Assembly (NCBI GenBank): GCA_963712305.1
Contig: CAVQHI010000002.1
Coordinates: 1,705,075 to 1,769,074 of the forward strand
Direction: 5' to 3'
Source of the DNA: an uncultured bacterium
GTDB taxonomy: Bacteria; Bacteroidota; Rhodothermia; Balneolales; DATFMH01
Length of the DNA: 64,000 bases
Made by a program: the position numbers and the translations under genes. A model generated the notes under the pieces. The model did no database searches, had not been told where the DNA came from, and worked only from the letters and a program-made list of their open reading frames with translations. Below, one piece after another: positions 19,806 through 30,584 of this stretch (within the stretch, counting starts at the first letter, position 1; each line of letters begins with the position of its first letter).

Positions 19806-22346
19806 ATGAAGAAACATCATCACTACCGTAAGATGCTGTTGGCACTACTGGCCCTATTGATAGGTTCACTGCCGGTAATGGTTCAGGCACAAACAAAAAT
19901 GGATGAAGCGGCGGTCGATAAAAAAGTTGACGAGCTGCTGCAAAAACTGACATTAAAGGAAAAAATTAGTCTCCTGGGTGGAACCGGTTTCACAACGCAG
20001 CCGATACCTCGTCTCGGCATTCCTGCTCTTAAGATGACAGACGGACCTATTGGGGTTCGCTGGGACAAGGGGACTGCCTTCCCAAGTGGTACTGACATGG
20101 CAGCCAGCTGGGATACGGACCTTCTATATAAAGTTGGGCAAGTCATTGGACAGGAAGTGAAAGGAAAAGGCCGACACGTCATTCTTGGTCCCAATGTGAA
20201 TATCGCCCGAAATCCCCGTAACGGCCGGACGTTTGAAGCATACGGCGAAGATCCCTACCTGACCTCTCAGATGGGTGTGCATTATATTGAAGGAGTTCAA
20301 TCTCAGGACGTAGCCGCTACCGTGAAGCATTTTGTAGCAAATACCCAGGAATATGAGAGGAATTATGTTAATTCAGAGATTGGCCAGCGTGCCCTGCATG
20401 AGATTTACTTCCCGGCATTTAAAGCGGCCATTCAAGATGCTCATTCTTTGGCCATTATGCCCGCCTATAACAAACTGAATGGTACATTCTGTAGTGAAAA
20501 CCAATATTTGCTGACAGATGTGCTTCGCAAGGATTGGGGATTTCGTTATATCTCAATGTCGGACTGGGGAGCCGTTCACGAAGTTTTACCCACCGAAAAC
20601 AGCGGCCTGGATCTTGAGATGCCGACAGGAAAATTTCTGAATGAAGATAACATCATGCCGCTGGTCAATTCAGGCAAAGTGAGCAAGGCAACCATCAATG
20701 AGCAGGTCCGACATATCCTGCGCGTCATCGTGAAGCTCGGCCTAATGGAAAATCCCGGTAAAGTGGATGATTCGATGGTCAATTCTAAAGCCAACCAGGA
20801 AGTTGCACTGCAAGCAGCTAAAGAAGGGATTGTGCTGTTAGAAAACAAAGATAAAACGCTGCCTCTTGATTTGTCGAAAGTACATAATATCACGGTGGTC
20901 GGCCCTGGTGCGAAACATGTCTTTCGGGGTGGCGGCAGTGCTATGACGATTCCTTATTTCTATGTAACACCATGGGAAGCATTGCAGACACGTATTGGCA
21001 ACAAGGCTAAAATGAATTATGAACCGGGGGTTATTCTCGGAAACGGGGCAAAAGCTATTTCCGGATCCAGTCTGCATACAAGTGCCTCTGGCTCACAAGA
21101 AGGCTTGAAGGGAGAATATTATGCGAATGCTTCGTTCTCCGGTAAGCCAGTTTATACACGCGTCGATAAATCGGTAAGTTTTGGTCTGGGTGATGTGACG
21201 AATGGCGTGAACATGTCGGATGTCATCCCAAAATCTGATGATGAATTCAATAATGGTTTTTCCATGCGCTGGACCGGCTATCTAAGCGTGCCGGAGTCAG
21301 GCACATACGTAATCGATGTCGCCGACAACAATGGCATGGATTTCTACTTTGATGGCAAGAAAGTGCTCGATGCAAGACTGCATTACGGTATCAGAGTGAA
21401 TAGCTACAAAGTGGATTTGGAAGCCAATAAACGGTATCCAATCCGTCTGGACTATTTCTTCCGCGGTAATGGAGTGAATATCAAATTAGGTATTCGTCGT
21501 CCCAATGATTATTTGATCAAACAGGCGGCAAAAGCTGCAAGCAAATCGGATCTGGTGTTGGCGTTCGTTGGACGTACGAAATATGATGTCTCCGAGGGAC
21601 ATGATCTCGCATCATTGCGTCTGCCAGGTAACCAGGATGAACTTCTGGATGCTTTAACTAAAGCCAATCCTAAGACAGTCGTTGTTATCAACACTGGTGA
21701 AGCTGTCGAGATGGATCCATGGAATAAACAGGCTGGTGCTGTAGTTGATGCCTGGTTTGGCGGCGAGGAGGCCGGTAACGCCATAACTGATGTACTGCTT
21801 GGTGATTATAACCCATCAGGTAAACTTCCTCTTACATTTCCATATCGCTGGGACCAGACGTCGGCATCGAAGACATACATGAAACAAGACAGTACAGCAC
21901 CTCACCAGGAGGGGATCCTGGTCGGTTATCGTTACTACGATGCTCATAACATCAAACCGCTTTATCCATTTGGTTATGGTTTGTCGTACACAACGTTTGA
22001 TCTAAGCAATATGTCTGCAAGTAAAATGGGAAGCGGAGATGACGCGTACGTGAACGTGAGCTTCACTGTAAAAAATACCGGGAGCCGCGAGGGAGCTGAA
22101 GTCGCCCAGGTGTATGTTCACAAACCAGATTCAAAAGTGGAACGTGCACCGCGCGAGCTAAAAGGGTTCAAGCGCGTTGAACTGAAAGCTGGCGAAAGCA
22201 AGCAAGTGACCGTGAAGATCCCAAGGATGGAGTTTGCTTACTATGATGCAGATGCCAAAAAATGGACAGTCGAGCCGGGATCATATGAGATCCTTGTAGG
22301 CAACTCATCACGCGATCTGCCATTGCATACGACAGTTTCGTGGTAA
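19806..22346 (+). CDS. GH3 beta-glucosidase with PA14 insertion and FnIII C-terminal domain
   Basis: Signal peptide; TDGPIGVR, GRTFEAYGEDP, KHF, SDWGA, PA14 segment (FSMRWTG), FGYGLSYT and RELKGF. Confidence 0.92.
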   Translation: MKKHHHYRKMLLALLALLIGSLPVMVQAQTKMDEAAVDKKVDELLQKLTLKEKISLLGGTGFTTQPIPRLGIPALKMTDGPIGVRWDKGTAFPSGTDMAASWDTDLLYKVGQVIGQEVKGKGRHVILGPNVNIARNPRNGRTFEAYGEDPYLTSQMGVHYIEGVQSQDVAATVKHFVANTQEYERNYVNSEIGQRALHEIYFPAFKAAIQDAHSLAIMPAYNKLNGTFCSENQYLLTDVLRKDWGFRYISMSDWGAVHEVLPTENSGLDLEMPTGKFLNEDNIMPLVNSGKVSKATINEQVRHILRVIVKLGLMENPGKVDDSMVNSKANQEVALQAAKEGIVLLENKDKTLPLDLSKVHNITVVGPGAKHVFRGGGSAMTIPYFYVTPWEALQTRIGNKAKMNYEPGVILGNGAKAISGSSLHTSASGSQEGLKGEYYANASFSGKPVYTRVDKSVSFGLGDVTNGVNMSDVIPKSDDEFNNGFSMRWTGYLSVPESGTYVIDVADNNGMDFYFDGKKVLDARLHYGIRVNSYKVDLEANKRYPIRLDYFFRGNGVNIKLGIRRPNDYLIKQAAKAASKSDLVLAFVGRTKYDVSEGHDLASLRLPGNQDELLDALTKANPKTVVVINTGEAVEMDPWNKQAGAVVDAWFGGEEAGNAITDVLLGDYNPSGKLPLTFPYRWDQTSASKTYMKQDSTAPHQEGILVGYRYYDAHNIKPLYPFGYGLSYTTFDLSNMSASKMGSGDDAYVNVSFTVKNTGSREGAEVAQVYVHKPDSKVERAPRELKGFKRVELKAGESKQVTVKIPRMEFAYYDADAKKWTVEPGSYEILVGNSSRDLPLHTTVSW

Positions 22347-22403
22347 AATTATATATTGATTCCGTTGTAGTTATTGAATTACAAGGATTGATTTATTGAT
22401 CAT

Positions 22404-22443
22404 AACAAAGGGAAGAGGTGTGTCGTCTTCCCTTTGTTTTTTT
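22404..22443 (+). terminator. Intrinsic terminator after GH3
   Basis: AACAAAGGGAAGA / TCTTCCCTTTGTT stem followed by a T-run. Confidence 0.8.
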
Positions 22444-22495
22444 ACCGACTGAATTCGCTAAGTCCCGAGTTAGTGTATAAAACCTAACTGCCTGG

Positions 22496-22543
22496 AAATT
22501 CAAAATTCAAAATTCAAAATTCATCATTCAAAATTCAAAATTC
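22496..22543. repeat. Heptamer tandem array (AAATTCA)n
   Basis: aaattcaaaattcaaaattcaaaattcatcattcaaaattcaaaattc immediately before the GGAGG RBS of GH97. Confidence 0.85.
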
Positions 22544-22556
22544 CAATGGAGGTTGT

Positions 22557-24521
22557 ATGAAACACGTTGTCCTGACCGCATTTTGTATCATTGCTCTTAG
22601 CATCTCGCAGCAGAGTTACGCCGCCGGCAAACAGTATGAATTGTATTCGCCCGATAAGCATGTGAAAGTTACCGTCACTGTTAACGGCGATGTTACCTAC
22701 CAGGTCTCGGTAGATGGGAAAGCGCTTTTAAAACCATCACCCATTTCCATGACCTTCGAAAACGGAGACGTGCTGGGAATGAATGCCAGCGTCAGTAAAA
22801 GATCCACCCGGAGCGTGAATACAACTGTCAAACCTCTGTATGGGTTCAATGACAATGTTAACGATCACTTCAACGAACTGACACTTCGTTTCAAGAAACC
22901 GTTTTCAATCGTATTCCGGGTCTACAACAATGGTGTCGCCTATCGTATTGAAACACGGATGCAGGGGAATGTAAAGGTGAAGCATGAACAGGTGGCATAT
23001 AACTTCCCTAAAGATGAAAAGGCGTGGTATCTCGATCCAAAAAGCCCGCGTTGGCATGGTTACGAATCGACATATTCATACGGTTATATCTCGAAGATTG
23101 ACTCGATCAAAGTTCCTCTCCCAATGCTGATCGATCACAGTTCAGGGATAAAAGTGCTACTGACAGAGGCCGATCTGCACGATTACCCGGGACTATACCT
23201 TGAACCGGGTCATGGCGAGTACTATGGCATGAAAGGGATCATGCCGGCCTATCCGTCGAAAGAAAAGCAGAACAGGCTGGACATAAACGTTCTGGAGCGC
23301 ACCGACTATATCGCACAGACAGAAGGGACACGTACATTTCCATGGCGTCTGATGATCCTGGCGCGTCAGGATAAAGATTTACTCAACAATGAACTGGTTT
23401 ATCTGCTTGCCACGCCCAATAAACTTCAGGACACCTCCTGGATCAAACCTGGACTGGTATCATGGGACTGGTGGAATGACTGGAATCTGGAAGGTGTGGA
23501 CTTCAAGACCGGCATCAACATGGATACCTATAAGTACTACATCGATTTTGCCAGCAAGAACGGTATTCCCTATATCATCCTGGATGAAGGCTGGTCCAAT
23601 GATTTCGATTTATTTGACGTAAATAAAAACCTCGACATAGCGAAACTGGCTGAGTATGGAAAAGAGAAGAATGTCGGTCTGATCCTTTGGTGCGTATGGC
23701 ATACGCTCGACAGTCAGCGTGACAAAGCATTAGCCCAGTTTGAAAAATGGGGTATTGCAGGTGTGAAAGTCGATTTTATGGATAGGGATGATCAGAAGGT
23801 CGTTGATTTTTACACACGGTTAGCCAAAGCGGCGGCGGAACATCACCTGATGGTCGATTTTCACGGGGCATTCAAACCGACGGGGCTGTCCCGCACCTAT
23901 CCCAATATCATAAATCGTGAAGGTGTCTTCGGAATGGAAAATGACAAGTGGACTGATGCTGAAGATCCGTTTCATGAAGTGATGTTGGCCTTCACTCGTA
24001 TGGTTGCCGGCGCAATGGATTATACACCCGGTGCAATGCGAAATTATAATAAGAACGATTTCCGCCCGCTCCACTCTCGTCCGGAGAGTCAGGGTACGCG
24101 TTGTCACCAATTGGCGATGTATGTCGATTACTATGCGCCGCTACAAATGTTGTCCGATGCCCCGACAGCCTATCAGAAAGAGCCGGTGATTATGAACCTG
24201 CTTTCGGGTATGCCAACCACATGGGATCAAACCGTAGCACTGGATGGTAAAGTCGGCGATTACCTGATGATTGCCCGCCGTAAAGGAGATACCTGGTACA
24301 TTGGCGGAATGACCAATTGGACACCGCGTGATCTTTCGGTGGATTTATCATTTCTGGGTAGCGGGAACTATAATGCTGATATCTATTCAGATGCCATCAA
24401 TTCCAATCGGATCGGAAGTGATTACAATAGGAATAATCAGCAGGTTACCTCGTCGACAAAGCTGAAAATCCACATGGCTCCCGGCGGTGGATGGGTTGCT
24501 GTTATCAAGCCGGCCCAGTGA
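22557..24521 (+). CDS. Glycoside hydrolase family 97
   Basis: Signal peptide; SWIKPG.VSWDWW, ILDEGWS, GVKVDFM, DFHG, EGVFGME and MDYTPG motifs. Confidence 0.92.
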   Translation: MKHVVLTAFCIIALSISQQSYAAGKQYELYSPDKHVKVTVTVNGDVTYQVSVDGKALLKPSPISMTFENGDVLGMNASVSKRSTRSVNTTVKPLYGFNDNVNDHFNELTLRFKKPFSIVFRVYNNGVAYRIETRMQGNVKVKHEQVAYNFPKDEKAWYLDPKSPRWHGYESTYSYGYISKIDSIKVPLPMLIDHSSGIKVLLTEADLHDYPGLYLEPGHGEYYGMKGIMPAYPSKEKQNRLDINVLERTDYIAQTEGTRTFPWRLMILARQDKDLLNNELVYLLATPNKLQDTSWIKPGLVSWDWWNDWNLEGVDFKTGINMDTYKYYIDFASKNGIPYIILDEGWSNDFDLFDVNKNLDIAKLAEYGKEKNVGLILWCVWHTLDSQRDKALAQFEKWGIAGVKVDFMDRDDQKVVDFYTRLAKAAAEHHLMVDFHGAFKPTGLSRTYPNIINREGVFGMENDKWTDAEDPFHEVMLAFTRMVAGAMDYTPGAMRNYNKNDFRPLHSRPESQGTRCHQLAMYVDYYAPLQMLSDAPTAYQKEPVIMNLLSGMPTTWDQTVALDGKVGDYLMIARRKGDTWYIGGMTNWTPRDLSVDLSFLGSGNYNADIYSDAINSNRIGSDYNRNNQQVTSSTKLKIHMAPGGGWVAVIKPAQ

Positions 24522-24543
24522 GAGAATCTATTTGATTCTAACG

Positions 24544-24624
24544 GTGTAGGGGTGATTCGCAAATCGCCCCTACACAATCAAATGTTGACGCTATGTAGGG
24601 TAATCACGGGGGATTGCCCGTACA
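24544..24624. repeat. Pair of GTAG-type REP elements
   Basis: TGTAGGGGTGATTCGCAAATCGCCCCTACA and GTAGGGTAATCACGGGGGATTGCCCGTAC; the second recurs near 58471-58497. Confidence 0.75.
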
Positions 24625-24636
24625 ATAGGATATATC

Positions 24637-26880
24637 ATGTTAAATCGAAAGATACTGTCGTTTTTCTTGCTTTTGATGTTAGTGTTGGTCTCTGTTGCGG
24701 GGGCTCAGGATCGGGATGTAACCCGGTATGTGGATCCATTCATAGGCACCGAGGGCGGGGGGCATGTCTTTCCGGGTGCTGCTCTTCCATTCGGGATGGT
24801 AAAACTGGGTCCGGATATGGGGAAGAACAACACTAATTCCGGCTATGAGGTAAACGGTAAGATTAACGGATTTAGTCATACGCATGTAAGCGGGACCGGC
24901 GGTGGTGCCAAGTATGGAAACATCATGATTATGCCGTTTACGGGACCAGCTACGTTGAATGACATCTCATCACCAGGTAGCAATGATATGGCCACTCCCG
25001 GGTATTATTCGGTTGATCTAAAGCGGTATGGTATTCGTGCTAAATTGACGGTGACTCAACATGCCGGTTTTCAGCAATATACATTTCCTGAATCATCAAA
25101 CGCTCACATCCTGATTGATGCCGGGCACTTCCTTCAAAGTGGTGTTCCGTATGGTGAGGGGCAGGAATTAGTCGGTTCTGAAGTGCACGTTCTCTCTGAT
25201 CACGAAATAGAAGGGTATAGCCGGGTCCGGGGCGGATGGAATGAAGGCGGACCCTACACAGTCTACTTTTATGCTATTTTTGATACTCCTGCTGATCAGT
25301 TTGCTACCTGGAAAAATGATCATGTTGTAAATGGCAAAAGAGATGAGTTTGATTCGGGTGACAAGACCGGGGCCGTGTTTACTTTCCATACGAAGCAGGG
25401 ACAGAAGATCAGGGTAAAAGTCGGAATCTCGTACATAAGCATGGCCAAAGCGTATCATTATGCAGAGGCTGAGTTAACTACCTGGGATTTTAATACTGTC
25501 AGGAAGCAAGCATCGAACAAGTGGGAAAAGGAACTGGAGAAGGTCTCGATAGAAACGAACAACCAGGTGTACAAGAAAATGTTTTACACAGCCTTGTACC
25601 ATGTGTTGCTTATGCCGACTGACAAGACAGGTGAAAATCCCAAATGGCATTCCGATGAACCGTATTATGATGATTATTACGCCATCTGGGACACCTTTCG
25701 CTCCTCGAATCCATTACTCACGCTTATTAGTCCCGATCGTGAACGAGATATTGTACGATCGCTCATCGATATCTATAAATACGATCGTTATATGCCGGAT
25801 TCCCGCAGTGGAGACGACAATGGGCGTACACAAGGTGGTTCCAATGCCGAGGTGCTTATCGCTGATGCTTTTGTGAAAGGATTGAAAGGAATCAATTATC
25901 AAACGGCCCTGAAAGCAATGATCAAGGATGCTGAACTCCCGGCCGGTGGTAATCAGCGGAAACAGGGCAGAGGCGGTCTACATGATTATAAGACATTAGG
26001 TTACGTCTCAACTAACTATGAGCGATCGGGGACACGAACGCTCGAATATGCTTATGACGATTTCTGCCTGTCTGAAGTAGCAAAAGGATTGGGAATAGAT
26101 TCACTCTACCGACGCTACCGGAAACGGGCGGATAACTGGCAACATTTGTGGCGCCCGGTCACAAACGAAGGTGTTACAGGTTTCATCTGGCCGAGGAACA
26201 GGGATGGTTCCTGGCAAAAGGATTTCACGACGCTGACTGCCGGAAGCTGGCCGGATTTTTTCTATGAGAGCCAATCCTGGGAATACTCGTTATATGTGCC
26301 GCAGGATGTGCGGGGACTCATTAAAAAATGTGGCGGTAAAGACGCGTTCATCAATCGTTTGAACACGTTCTTTTTGAAGGATGGCAAAACGGATTCGCTC
26401 ATTGGGCATTATTATAATGTAGGTAACGAGCCCGGATTCCTGACCCCGGCTTTGTACATATGGGCCGGTCGCCAGGATCTGACAACGGACCGGGTGTGGG
26501 CCATTATCCACAAATATTTTCATGATTCCCGTGATGGACTGCCGGGAAATGACGACTCCGGGGCAATGTCATCGTGGCTGGCGTTTCATATGATGGGACT
26601 CTACCCGTTAGCAGGACAGGATGTGTACCTGGTCACGGCGCCGCATCTCAAGCAGACGACCATCCATCTTGAAAATGGTAAAACATTCGTGATTAAAGCG
26701 GAAGGATTGAGTCCGGCCAACCGGTATGTTACCTCGGCAACACTGAATGGAAAGAATTTGAGTCAGGCGTGGTTCCATCACACTGATATTAAAAAAGGCG
26801 GAACTCTGATACTTCATATGGGGGCCCAACCGGATGGATGGGGATCGGAAAATCCACCACCTTCTATGTCAGATAAATAA
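24637..26880 (+). CDS. GH92 alpha-mannosidase
   Basis: YVDPFIGT, PFGMVKLGPD, FSHTHVSGTGG, WDTFR, RTLEYAYDD, GNEP and GNDDSGAMSSW motifs. Confidence 0.92.
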   Translation: MLNRKILSFFLLLMLVLVSVAGAQDRDVTRYVDPFIGTEGGGHVFPGAALPFGMVKLGPDMGKNNTNSGYEVNGKINGFSHTHVSGTGGGAKYGNIMIMPFTGPATLNDISSPGSNDMATPGYYSVDLKRYGIRAKLTVTQHAGFQQYTFPESSNAHILIDAGHFLQSGVPYGEGQELVGSEVHVLSDHEIEGYSRVRGGWNEGGPYTVYFYAIFDTPADQFATWKNDHVVNGKRDEFDSGDKTGAVFTFHTKQGQKIRVKVGISYISMAKAYHYAEAELTTWDFNTVRKQASNKWEKELEKVSIETNNQVYKKMFYTALYHVLLMPTDKTGENPKWHSDEPYYDDYYAIWDTFRSSNPLLTLISPDRERDIVRSLIDIYKYDRYMPDSRSGDDNGRTQGGSNAEVLIADAFVKGLKGINYQTALKAMIKDAELPAGGNQRKQGRGGLHDYKTLGYVSTNYERSGTRTLEYAYDDFCLSEVAKGLGIDSLYRRYRKRADNWQHLWRPVTNEGVTGFIWPRNRDGSWQKDFTTLTAGSWPDFFYESQSWEYSLYVPQDVRGLIKKCGGKDAFINRLNTFFLKDGKTDSLIGHYYNVGNEPGFLTPALYIWAGRQDLTTDRVWAIIHKYFHDSRDGLPGNDDSGAMSSWLAFHMMGLYPLAGQDVYLVTAPHLKQTTIHLENGKTFVIKAEGLSPANRYVTSATLNGKNLSQAWFHHTDIKKGGTLILHMGAQPDGWGSENPPPSMSDK

Positions 26881-26900
26881 ACAGATTTGAGGATTACATC

Positions 26901-29291
26901 ATGAGGTCAATTCGGTCAGGATATTATGCACTTTTTGCCGTGATTATGTTTCTTGCCACTGCAAGTATATCCTATGCGCAGCAATCGTTTTCGGTAATTC
27001 GTTACGAGAAATTACAAGACGGTTTACTGTTTCATTTGAAAGAAGGAAACCTGCGTTTAGCTGTTTCTGATCCATCCGTAATTCATGTAGAATACACTCC
27101 CGGATCATCGTTTCCGGACAATCCTGAATTGGTGGTCATTCATAAGCAGATTAAAAAGGCAGATTGGGGTGTCACAGAGTCCGGTGATGATATTATCATG
27201 ACGACAGATAGCCTGAAAGTATTGGTCAGCAAAAAGACCGGCTCGATAACGTATCTCAATCGAAACAGCGAGCAGATCCTTGCGGAGCATCCTGCAGGAA
27301 GAATCATGGAAGCAGCTACAGTCCAGGGAGAAAAGACCTATCACATTGAACAGCAGTTTGATTTTGATCGAGATGAGGGATTGTATGGACTCGGGCAGTA
27401 TCAAGACGGGCTGATGAATTACAATGGGCATGACATACTGATGGCGCAAGCCAACAAGATAGCCGTCGTGCCGTTCCTGGTTTCATCTAACGGATACGGG
27501 ATTCTCTGGGACAACACCTCTAAGACATGGTTCCGGAGTCAATATCAGGGATCATTCCGGTCGCAGGTGGGAGATGAGATCAGCTATTATTTTGTGTATG
27601 GACCCGATATCGACTCAGTCGTTTCAGGTTATCGTAATCTGACCGGAAAAGCTCCGATGTTCGGGAAATGGGCCTATGGATTCTGGCAGAGCAAAGAACA
27701 TTACAAGACCAGGAAAGAACTCACAGATGTGGTTGCTGAATACCGCAAGCGTCAAATCCCGATAGATAACATCGTGCAGGACTGGAATTACTGGGGAAAA
27801 TGGGGATGGAACGGACTTCATTTTGATCAGTCACGGTACCCCAATCCAAAAGAGATGATGGATGAGCTGCATAACAAGTATCACGCTCATCTGTTGTTGT
27901 CGGTATGGCCAACGTTTGGTTTTGATACGGAAATGTATCATAAAATGGATTCTCTTGGAGCGTTGTTTCCGGATACGACGTGGTCAAAATCGCGTGTGTA
28001 TGATGCGTTCAATCCGGAGGCCCGAAAGGTATACTGGAAAGGGATGAATGATGGTCTGTTCTCGAAAGGAGTGGACGCCTGGTGGCTTGATGGAACCGAG
28101 CCTGAGTTTAAAACCACGAATACCCGTGAAGTCAGTATCAGAGCCTCGCTGGAGAATAAGAGAAACTACCTCGGCACATGGGCAAGATATCTGAATACCT
28201 ACTCATTAATGACCACAAAAGCTGTATACGAGGGACAGAGAAGTGAGACATCAAAAAAACGGGTCTTCATTCTTACAAGATCATCCTTTGCGGGTCAGCA
28301 GCGGAATGCGGCAGCTACTTGGTCTGGAGATATTCATGGATACTGGTATGTGTTTCGGCACCAAATTACAGGGGGACTGAATTTCTGTATGGCGGGAGTA
28401 CCTTACTGGACGACAGATATTGGCGGTTTTTTTGTCAGCGTGGGTGGCTTTGCAGATTTTCCTGGTGGATCAAAGAATCCAAATTATCGCGAACTGTTTA
28501 CGCGATGGTTTGAGTACGGTGCATTTTGTCCTTTGTTCCGGGTTCACGGGACGAATACCCCACGTGAGGTCTGGCAATTTGGCGACCCCGGATCGTGGGC
28601 TTACGACGCACTTGTAAAAGCAGATCAGCTGCGGTATCGCCTGCTCCCATACATTTATTCTCTCGCCTGGAAAGTGACGAACCAAAATTATACGATCATG
28701 AGGGGATTGGCCTTCGATTTCAGAGAGGATCCCAATGTGCGAAATATAGCTGATCAGTTCATGTTCGGGTCGTCAATTTTAGTTAATCCCGTGACCGAAC
28801 CGGGTGCAAAAAACCGACAAGTCTATCTGCCAAAGGGTGTTAATTGGACAGATTTCTGGTCCGGGAAGGAATACGATGGGGGACAGACTGTTATCGCTGA
28901 TTCACCTATTGATCACATTCCTTTATTTGTAAAACAGGGTTCCATTATCCCGATGGGTCCCGTTCTTCAATACGCCGATGAGAAACCGGAAGATCCCATA
29001 GAGCTGCGTATTTATCCGGGAGCCGACGGGCATTTCACATTGTACGAAGATGAGAATGATAATTACGACTATGAGAAGGGGATCTATTCTACAATTTCAT
29101 TTGACTGGAATGATAAGACTCAGACATTAAGAATAGACGATCGTAAAGGTTCATTTCCCGGAATGCTTCGAAAGAGGACCATTAATGTAGTTATTGTGGG
29201 AAAAGACCACGGAACTGGTATCAATAATACCCAAAAAGCAGATAATCAGATAGTCTATGAGGGACAACGCATGCAGGTCTCATTCCGTTGA
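26901..29291 (+). CDS. GH31 alpha-xylosidase/alpha-glucosidase
   Basis: Signal peptide; WQSKEHY, VQDW, WWLDGTEPE, WSGD, WTTDIGGF and FRVHG motifs. Confidence 0.92.
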   Translation: MRSIRSGYYALFAVIMFLATASISYAQQSFSVIRYEKLQDGLLFHLKEGNLRLAVSDPSVIHVEYTPGSSFPDNPELVVIHKQIKKADWGVTESGDDIIMTTDSLKVLVSKKTGSITYLNRNSEQILAEHPAGRIMEAATVQGEKTYHIEQQFDFDRDEGLYGLGQYQDGLMNYNGHDILMAQANKIAVVPFLVSSNGYGILWDNTSKTWFRSQYQGSFRSQVGDEISYYFVYGPDIDSVVSGYRNLTGKAPMFGKWAYGFWQSKEHYKTRKELTDVVAEYRKRQIPIDNIVQDWNYWGKWGWNGLHFDQSRYPNPKEMMDELHNKYHAHLLLSVWPTFGFDTEMYHKMDSLGALFPDTTWSKSRVYDAFNPEARKVYWKGMNDGLFSKGVDAWWLDGTEPEFKTTNTREVSIRASLENKRNYLGTWARYLNTYSLMTTKAVYEGQRSETSKKRVFILTRSSFAGQQRNAAATWSGDIHGYWYVFRHQITGGLNFCMAGVPYWTTDIGGFFVSVGGFADFPGGSKNPNYRELFTRWFEYGAFCPLFRVHGTNTPREVWQFGDPGSWAYDALVKADQLRYRLLPYIYSLAWKVTNQNYTIMRGLAFDFREDPNVRNIADQFMFGSSILVNPVTEPGAKNRQVYLPKGVNWTDFWSGKEYDGGQTVIADSPIDHIPLFVKQGSIIPMGPVLQYADEKPEDPIELRIYPGADGHFTLYEDENDNYDYEKGIYSTISFDWNDKTQTLRIDDRKGSFPGMLRKRTINVVIVGKDHGTGINNTQKADNQIVYEGQRMQVSFR

Positions 29292-29422
29292 TTACACACT
29301 TCTGTGTAATTAGTACAATGTTATTAATTGCGGGGAAAGGGTGATCACGGAACGCTAACTAATTTTCATCCATTTAATTCGACGAGTATAGTTACAAATT
29401 ACACTAATCTTTAAGAACTATT

Positions 29423-30421
29423 ATGAACTATCGATTTTTAGGAAAATCAGGATTAAAGGTGTCCGCGCTGTCATTTGGTGCGTGGGTAACATTTGGTGAC
29501 CAGGTGGATGAGAAAATAGCCTATGATTCTATGATGGCGGCACGTGATGCCGGTGTTAACTTTTTTGACAACGCCGAGGGTTACGCCAGCGGTGCCGCAG
29601 AAACGATGATGGGAAATGTCATCAAAAAAGCTGGCTGGAATCGGTCAGATCTTGTTCTTTCGACCAAGATATTCTTTGGTGGAAATGGACCCAATAATCA
29701 GGGACTTTCATTCAAACACGTCGTAGAAGGAACAAACGCAGCTTTAAAAAGACTACAGACCGATTATGTGGACCTGATCTTCTGCCACCGTCCCGATCTG
29801 TACACACCTATCGAAGAAACGGTATGGGCCATGAATCAGGTTATACGCCAGGGGAAAGCATTTTACTGGGGAACGAGCGAATGGTCGGCCGGACAGATCC
29901 GGGAAGCATACCATATTGCCCGACGTGAACATCTGATACCGCCTCTGATGGAACAACCGCAGTATAACATGTTGCACAGAGAAAAGGTTGAGAAAGAATT
30001 TTCCTTGCTCTATGATGAAGTAGGCCTTGGTACTACTATATGGAGTCCATTGGCCAGCGGATTGTTAACCGGTAAATACAATAATGGTATTCCCAAAGAC
30101 AGCAGGCTCAACATGAAGAATTACGAATGGCTTCGCAAACAACTTCTCGAAACCGAAGAAGGGAAGCAGAACCTGGAGAAAGTGAAAAAACTGGCACCAC
30201 TTACTGAAGAATTAGGTGTAACCATGCCGAACCTGGCAATGGCATGGTGCCTGAAAAATCCGAATGTTAGTACCGTCATTACAGGTGCTTCCAAACCGGA
30301 ACAAGTGAAACAGAATATGAAAGCCGGCGATGTAGTAGAAAAGCTGACTCCGGATGTAATGGAAAGGATCGAAAAAATACTTGATAACAAACCAGAAGCC
30401 GATCAGGACTGGCGGGTCTGA
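29423..30421 (+). CDS. Aldo/keto reductase (Kv-beta-like)
   Basis: [31 protein letters not shown] and WSPLASG motifs. Confidence 0.92.
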   Translation: MNYRFLGKSGLKVSALSFGAWVTFGDQVDEKIAYDSMMAARDAGVNFFDNAEGYASGAAETMMGNVIKKAGWNRSDLVLSTKIFFGGNGPNNQGLSFKHVVEGTNAALKRLQTDYVDLIFCHRPDLYTPIEETVWAMNQVIRQGKAFYWGTSEWSAGQIREAYHIARREHLIPPLMEQPQYNMLHREKVEKEFSLLYDEVGLGTTIWSPLASGLLTGKYNNGIPKDSRLNMKNYEWLRKQLLETEEGKQNLEKVKKLAPLTEELGVTMPNLAMAWCLKNPNVSTVITGASKPEQVKQNMKAGDVVEKLTPDVMERIEKILDNKPEADQDWRV

Positions 30422-30465
30422 CCGGGAACAGTTAGCAGCAAGCAATTAATAGTAAACAGTTAAAG

Positions 30466-30495
30466 AAGGGCGATCTCATGATCGCCTTTTTTTTT
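30466..30495 (+). terminator. Intrinsic terminator after the aldo/keto reductase
   Basis: GGCGATC-TCAT-GATCGCC stem followed by T9. Confidence 0.8.
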
Positions 30496-30584
30496 CAGAA
30501 TGTTTCTCAGGTTTTCATTTTATCTAAATCAACATGAGTTCGAGATGGCACTGGAAAAAATCATTAAAAAGATTCGTTTTAGAT

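Noticed and set aside
19498-22543. Tandem repeats as a CRISPR array
   Set aside because: Units are 7-8 nt with no unique spacers; no cas genes in the window.
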